DNA of 64,000 nucleotides. Origin: Planctomycetota bacterium. Its GTDB lineage: Bacteria; Planctomycetota; Phycisphaerae; Phycisphaerales; Phycisphaeraceae. This document shows, one piece after another, positions 59,386-64,000 of the stretch. A program made the translations under genes and the position numbers. The notes under the pieces were generated by a model, which was not told where the DNA came from, did not search any database, and saw only the letters and a list, made by a program, of their open reading frames with translations. Every line of letters starts with the position of its first letter. Within the stretch, counting starts at the first letter, position 1. The stretch is from contig JBCCBV010000010.1 in assembly GCA_039033855.1 (NCBI GenBank), forward strand, positions 12,207 to 76,206, read 5' to 3'.

Positions 59386-60207
59386 TTACTCGGCGGGTTG
59401 GGTGGCCGGCGTATCGACGGGCGTGTTGTCTGCGGCGGTGTCACCGTTGTCCGAAGCGGCGCCGGGGTCGATGCGGACGACCGGCATCTGAACCTCGGCG
59501 TACTTGGCCCAGTCGGGCACCATCGGGCTGTTGTAGCCGAGCCAGCGGGGCTCGCCCGTCGGTTTCCACGTGTCGGCGTGGTCGTCGAGCCAGGCTTCGA
59601 GGGCCTGCACGGCGGTGGTCATGCGCGGTCCGCTCATGCCGCCACGTACGCCGATGCTGACGACGTCTTGGGCGGGGACATCCACAACCTTGACGCTGTC
59701 GGCCGGGCCGGTGTGGCCGACTTCGGTCGAGGGGTAGAGGAAGGCCATGGACGTCATCGCCGAGCGGCCGATGGGCGGGGCGCCGAGCGCGTCGTCGGCG
59801 GGGGCATCGAAGGTCATTTCCACCGGCGCGGTCATGGGGATGTCTTCGGCCTGGATGTGGCGGAACAGCCGGCCGAAGGCGCCGTTCATGCCGCGGTCGG
59901 CGTCGGCGGGCCGCCGCTCGGCCACGGCTGCGCGATAGGTGGGCAGGCGGAGCAGGTGGACCTGACCCACCGGGGTCGGGTCGGGCCAGCCCTCGGGGGT
60001 CTTGGCCTCGCGTACGGCCCAGTTGGGGTCGATCTTGCCCTCCGCGGCGGCGGCAGGCTCAACGGCGACATCGGCAGATGCTTCGGCCTCCTCGTCGGCG
60101 CCCGACTGGGCGCAGGCGGGCAGCGCCAGGGCCGTTAACAGGGCCAGCCCGGGCAGGGTTGCGGCGGTGGGGAAAGCAGTGCGGAAGGCGTTGGGGCGAA
60201 ACGGCAT
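59386..60207 (-). CDS. SOUL heme-binding family protein, secreted
   Basis: Signal peptide. YRAAVAER...GMNGAFGRLFRHIQAEDIPMTAPVEM...MAFLYP...GYNSP is typical of the SOUL/HBP family. Confidence 0.8.
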   Translation of the reverse strand: MPFRPNAFRTAFPTAATLPGLALLTALALPACAQSGADEEAEASADVAVEPAAAAEGKIDPNWAVREAKTPEGWPDPTPVGQVHLLRLPTYRAAVAERRPADADRGMNGAFGRLFRHIQAEDIPMTAPVEMTFDAPADDALGAPPIGRSAMTSMAFLYPSTEVGHTGPADSVKVVDVPAQDVVSIGVRGGMSGPRMTTAVQALEAWLDDHADTWKPTGEPRWLGYNSPMVPDWAKYAEVQMPVVRIDPGAASDNGDTAADNTPVDTPATQPAE

Positions 60208-60339
60208 GGCGGGGCTCCGAGACGGGTGTCGATAAGAAGCGGTCGGGCGGACCCGCCGAGGCGCGGGTGTGGGTACGATCGACTATTCGCACCGGCCGTG
60301 GGGTCGGATGCACCCCGCCCGCTGCCGACGAGTCTTCCG

Positions 60340-62016
60340 ATGACCACCGCTGCGCCGCCCCGCACGTTCAAGATCCTGGCCGCTGACAAGCTCGCCCCCG
60401 AGGGGTTGGCGGCCATCGAATCCGAGCCCGACGCCGAGCTGGTCAACAAGCCCGGGTTGACCGAGGCCGAATACGCCGACCTGCTGGCCGCCGGCGGGAT
60501 CGAGGCCATGATCGTCCGCTCGGGCATTCAGGTCACACCGGCGATGCTCGAGAACCCCGGGGACCTGAAGGTCATCGCCCGGGCCGGCGTCGGGGTCGAC
60601 AACATCGACCTGCCCGCGGCCACGGCCAAGGGCATCGTGGTGGTCAACACCGCCGAGGCCTCGACGCTGACCACGGCCGAGCACGCCTTCGCCCTGATGA
60701 TGGCCCTCGCGCGCAACATCGGCCCGGCGTATCGGCGGATGACCGAAGGCGGCTGGGACCGCTCGAAGTTCCAGGGCCGTCAACTCGCCGGGAAGAAGCT
60801 GGGCGTGGTCGGGTTCGGGCGCATCGGTCGGGCCGTGGCCGAGCGCGCGCTCGCGTTCGAGATGGACGTGGCGGCCTTCGACCCGGTCTACCCCCACGCC
60901 ACGGCGCTCGACGGCCGGGTGAAGATGGTCTCGGACTTTCAGGAACTCATCCCGACCTGCGACATCCTGACCTTCCACGTGCCGCTGAACGACCACACCC
61001 GCGGCATGCTGGGCGACGACGCTTTCGGCAAATGCAAAAAGGGCGTGATGGTGGTCAACGCGGCCCGTGGCGGCGTGGTGGACGAGCAGGCCGTGCTCCG
61101 GGCGCTCGATTCGGGCCAATGTGGCGGCGCGGCGCTCGACGTGTTCACCAGCGAGCCGCCGCCGGAAGACTCGCCCCTGCGCAGCCACCCCAAGCTTCTG
61201 GTGACGCCGCACCTCGGCGCCAGCACGAAAGAAGCTCAGCAGGCGGTCAGCGTGGACGCGGCCGCGGCGTGCCTGGCGTTCTTGCGCGGGCAGGGCGTGC
61301 GCGGCGCGGTCAACGCCCCGGGCTTGCGGGTCGACCTGGACCCCACGCAGAAAGTGTTTGTCGACCTGGCGTCGCGCATGGGGTCGCTGCTGGCGCCGAT
61401 GATCACCCGCGGCATGGCCCGGGTGGAGGTCGAGGCCTGCGGCGAAACGCCGGCGTCGATCGCGTCGATGATCCAGCGGTCGGCCCTGGTCGGACTGCTG
61501 ACGCCGCACCTGGCCGATCCGGTGAACCTGGTCAACGCCGCCAGCGTGGCCGAGGCCCGGGGCATCGAGCTGCGCACGGTCGAAAGCGACCAGCCCGGCG
61601 CCCGCGGCCCGCACGTTGTGGTCACGGTGCACCCGCCCCGCGGCGCAGACACCGACCCGGCGCACCCCGCCGACCGCACCCGCCGGATCGTGGGTCAGGT
61701 GTTCGACGACCTGCGGCCCCGCGTGGTCGAGATCAACGGCTACGCCATGGACATGGTGCCCGAAGGTCCGATGATGATCTTGCTCAACGAAGACCGGCCG
61801 GGGATGATCGGCCTGGTGGGTCGCGAAATGGGCGAGGCCGGCGTGAACATCGCCGACATGACCATCAGCCGGCGCACCGGCTCGGACGGCCAGCGCAACG
61901 CGCTGCAGGTGCTCAAGCTCGACGAACCCGCGCCCCCGGCCGTGCTCGAACAGATGGCCAGGCAGCCCGGCATCGACAAGGTGGCCCAGGTCGTGCTCGG
62001 TCCGGCGCCGAAGTAA
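60340..62016 (+). CDS. serA: D-3-phosphoglycerate dehydrogenase (long form with ASB and ACT domains)
   Basis: ATG at 60340. VIARAGVGVDNIDL...LGVVGFGRIGRAVAERA...NAARGGVVDE...TPHLGAST. C-terminal ACT: MMILLNEDRPGMIGLVGREMGEAGVNIADM. Confidence 0.92.
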   Translation: MTTAAPPRTFKILAADKLAPEGLAAIESEPDAELVNKPGLTEAEYADLLAAGGIEAMIVRSGIQVTPAMLENPGDLKVIARAGVGVDNIDLPAATAKGIVVVNTAEASTLTTAEHAFALMMALARNIGPAYRRMTEGGWDRSKFQGRQLAGKKLGVVGFGRIGRAVAERALAFEMDVAAFDPVYPHATALDGRVKMVSDFQELIPTCDILTFHVPLNDHTRGMLGDDAFGKCKKGVMVVNAARGGVVDEQAVLRALDSGQCGGAALDVFTSEPPPEDSPLRSHPKLLVTPHLGASTKEAQQAVSVDAAAACLAFLRGQGVRGAVNAPGLRVDLDPTQKVFVDLASRMGSLLAPMITRGMARVEVEACGETPASIASMIQRSALVGLLTPHLADPVNLVNAASVAEARGIELRTVESDQPGARGPHVVVTVHPPRGADTDPAHPADRTRRIVGQVFDDLRPRVVEINGYAMDMVPEGPMMILLNEDRPGMIGLVGREMGEAGVNIADMTISRRTGSDGQRNALQVLKLDEPAPPAVLEQMARQPGIDKVAQVVLGPAPK

Positions 62017-62062
62017 CCCGACGTTGCGGCCGGGCCGTCAAGCCCCGCCGAGGGAGTTCCTG

Positions 62063-63745
62063 ATGCGTTGCCCGCGTGGTGTTGCGACCGGTGGCCTGCC
62101 CTGGGGCGGAGCCTGCGCCCCGCTCATGGCGGCGCTGGTGTGCACGGCGCTGTGCTGGTCGACGGCGGGCTGCGGGCCCGGCCGGGCCATCGTCATCCAA
62201 ATCGACGCCGCCGGCCCGACTACGCCGGTGTCGCCTTACGTCTACGGGATCGACGCCGACTCGGCCGAAGCGCCCGACGGCGTGCGCCTGCAACGCTTCG
62301 GCGACCGCCGATGGACCACCTACAACTGGGAGACCAACGCCTCCAACGGCGGCAGCGCCGAGGGCCACCGCAACGACGGCCGGCTGTCCGAGTCCGACTC
62401 GCCCGGGGCGGCAGTGGCGGCACGCGTGCTGGCGGCCTGGCGGCAAGGCGACGCGGCGCTCGTCACCGTGCCCTTGGTCGGCTGGGTGTCCGGCGACAAG
62501 GCCGGCCCCGTGCGCGAAGGCGCCCCGCGCGAGCTGCGCTTCCACCGCAGCCTGGCCCGCAACCCCAGTGCGTTTGGCGTCGACCCCGACCCCGACGACC
62601 AGGCGGTGTATCAAGACGAGTTTGTCCACTGGGCCCAAACGGTGTTGGGCGCCGGGCCCGATCGGCCGTTGTGGTTCGCCCTCGACTATCAGCCGGACCT
62701 CTGGCCGCAAGCGCACCCGCGGGTCCACTCGGCGCCCACGCGTTACGACGAGCTGGCCGAGCTGGCGGTCGAGTACGCCTCGGCGATCAAGAGCGTCGCG
62801 CCCGACACGCTGGTGTTCGCGCCCGGCGTCTCCGGATACGCCGCGGCGATGACGCTGCGCGACGCGCCCGACGCCTTGGGGCGCGGCGCCTTCCTGCCCT
62901 GGTACCTCGAGCAGCTCAGCGAAGGCCGCCGGGGCGAGGCCCGACGGCTGGTCGATGTCATCGACGTACACCACCTGTCCGAAGCCCGGGCCGACGACGA
63001 CACCCGCGTGACCTTCGGCGGGGCGGAAGACCACGGCCCGGCCGTCGCCCAGGCCCGGCTGCACGCGGCCCGCTCGCTCTACGACCCGACCTACGCCGAG
63101 GACAGCCCGCTGGTGCAAGACCGGCTCGATGGCGAGCCCCTGGCGCTCCTGCCCCGTCTGCGGGCGACTTTGGCCGAGCACAAGCCCGAAGCGCAGCTGG
63201 CGATCGGCGCCTACAGCTTCGGCGGAGCCGGCCACATCAGCGGCGGCGTGGCCCAGGCCGAGGCGCTCGGCGCCATGGCCAGCCAAGGCGTGTTCGCCTC
63301 GTCCTGGCGGCGCATGGAAAACCGCTTCGGCCTGCTCGACTACGTCATGGGGGCCTTCGCCCTTTACACCGATTACAACGGCCAAGGCGCGGGCTTCGGC
63401 GACCGGGCCCTGGCCACCACGACCGAGTCGCCGGACAAAATCGCGGCCTTCGCCAGCCTGGACTCCGATCGCCCCGACGTGATGGTGGCCGTGCTCATCA
63501 ACCGCACCGACTCTTCGCAGCGCGTCGAGCTCGACTTTGCCGGCGGCTTCGCGTGGTCGCGCAGCGCACGGTTCGAGATGCGCGACGGCCAACCGGCCCC
63601 CGCGCCGGGCCGGGGCGAGGTTCGTATTCTGGAAAAAACCGGAGGAACACGGCTGGTCTTGCCGCCGGTCAGCGTGACGGTGCTTGAGCTGTCGGGCGGC
63701 GCCCCCCTGCCGGAAATCGCCGGCGTGGCCGACGCCCGACCGTGA
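62063..63745 (+). CDS. Glycoside hydrolase, probably family 44-like, lipoprotein
   Basis: Lipobox-like WSTAGC. FGDRRWTTYNWETNASNGGS resembles the GH44 N-terminal signature as I remember it. Family call not verified. Confidence 0.6.
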   Translation: MRCPRGVATGGLPWGGACAPLMAALVCTALCWSTAGCGPGRAIVIQIDAAGPTTPVSPYVYGIDADSAEAPDGVRLQRFGDRRWTTYNWETNASNGGSAEGHRNDGRLSESDSPGAAVAARVLAAWRQGDAALVTVPLVGWVSGDKAGPVREGAPRELRFHRSLARNPSAFGVDPDPDDQAVYQDEFVHWAQTVLGAGPDRPLWFALDYQPDLWPQAHPRVHSAPTRYDELAELAVEYASAIKSVAPDTLVFAPGVSGYAAAMTLRDAPDALGRGAFLPWYLEQLSEGRRGEARRLVDVIDVHHLSEARADDDTRVTFGGAEDHGPAVAQARLHAARSLYDPTYAEDSPLVQDRLDGEPLALLPRLRATLAEHKPEAQLAIGAYSFGGAGHISGGVAQAEALGAMASQGVFASSWRRMENRFGLLDYVMGAFALYTDYNGQGAGFGDRALATTTESPDKIAAFASLDSDRPDVMVAVLINRTDSSQRVELDFAGGFAWSRSARFEMRDGQPAPAPGRGEVRILEKTGGTRLVLPPVSVTVLELSGGAPLPEIAGVADARP

Positions 63746-63766
63746 GGTCGTGATCGGTCTGACGCA

Positions 63767-64000
63767 TCACCCGCGGCTCGGCGGCGGCGCATCGAGCCGG
63801 ACCTTGCCGGTATCCGGACAAACGAGCTCTTCGTGCAAGGCCTGGCCGCATTCGGGGCAGTCGTCGGCGTCGGGCGTGCCCTGCAGGTCGTACCCGCACC
63901 GCGGGCAATGGCCGGAGTCGTGCCAGTCCGCGCGGCGCTGGCCGTGTCGGACATGACGCCAGGCGAGCACGCCGAGCACCAGCACCGTGGCCTGCGCCGC
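63767..64000 (-). CDS. Possible small zinc-ribbon protein, probably 5'-truncated by the window edge
   Basis: HCPRCGYDLQG...CPECGQ (CxxC...CxxC) preceded by a hydrophobic stretch. The frame stays open to the window end. Confidence 0.35.
   Translation of the reverse strand, partial: AAQATVLVLGVLAWRHVRHGQRRADWHDSGHCPRCGYDLQGTPDADDCPECGQALHEELVCPDTGKVRLDAPPPSRG

Noticed and set aside
58006-61665. Minus-strand ORFs 58006-59331 and 60283-61665
   Set aside because: They are antisense to hemL and serA, both of which have unambiguous motifs, and they show shadow-ORF composition.
61913-63592. 559-aa minus-strand ORF, plus the overlapping plus-strand ORFs 62068-63687 and 62076-62852
   Set aside because: These are alternative frames or the antisense strand of the GH44-like gene. 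Only frame 62063-63745 gives a lipoprotein signal and recognisable hydrolase motifs. The others are Arg/Pro/Gly-rich.

Overview
High-GC (by eye about two-thirds to 70% G+C, not computed), gene-dense chromosomal segment with about 60 protein-coding genes and one clear riboswitch. I could not recognise any rRNA, tRNA or CRISPR array. Gene content suggests a Planctomycetota (Phycisphaerae-like) genome: a DUF1559/prepilin-type pseudopilin-like protein, four secreted proteins with PEP-CTERM-type tails, and an LpxC-FabZ fusion inside a skp-lpxD-lpxC/fabZ-lpxA lipid A cluster. Most of the window is housekeeping: ALDH fragment, bioB, exbBD, a phoB-phoR-phoU operon next to an OprO/P-type porin, thiC behind a TPP riboswitch, recX, PIN-PhoH, galM, leuA, monomeric icd, hemL, serA, a nitrilase and an Amidase_2 enzyme. 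Many adjacent genes overlap as ATGA or GTGA, which suggests translational coupling. Several things deserve a second look. (1) Two near-consensus promoters share an AT-rich Fur-family-like operator (ATAATGAGAA core). They sit in front of a pseudopilin-like gene and two paralogous His-motif PEP-CTERM proteins, a candidate metal-responsive surface module. (2) A RAYT-type Y1 transposase gene is bracketed by the same pair of REP-like hairpins on both sides. (3) A perfect (CGCAAA)x8 in-frame microsatellite lies in the porin signal peptide. (4) leuA is translationally coupled to three tandem GNAT genes and preceded by about 690 bp of poorly explained DNA containing a Leu-rich mini-ORF. (5) BioB carries a Cys-containing C-terminal tail. 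(6) A sulfotransferase is paired with an uncharacterised GT-A-like protein. All family calls come from motif recognition by eye and no database search was run. The many long ORFs antisense to real genes in the ORF track are treated as high-GC shadow ORFs.
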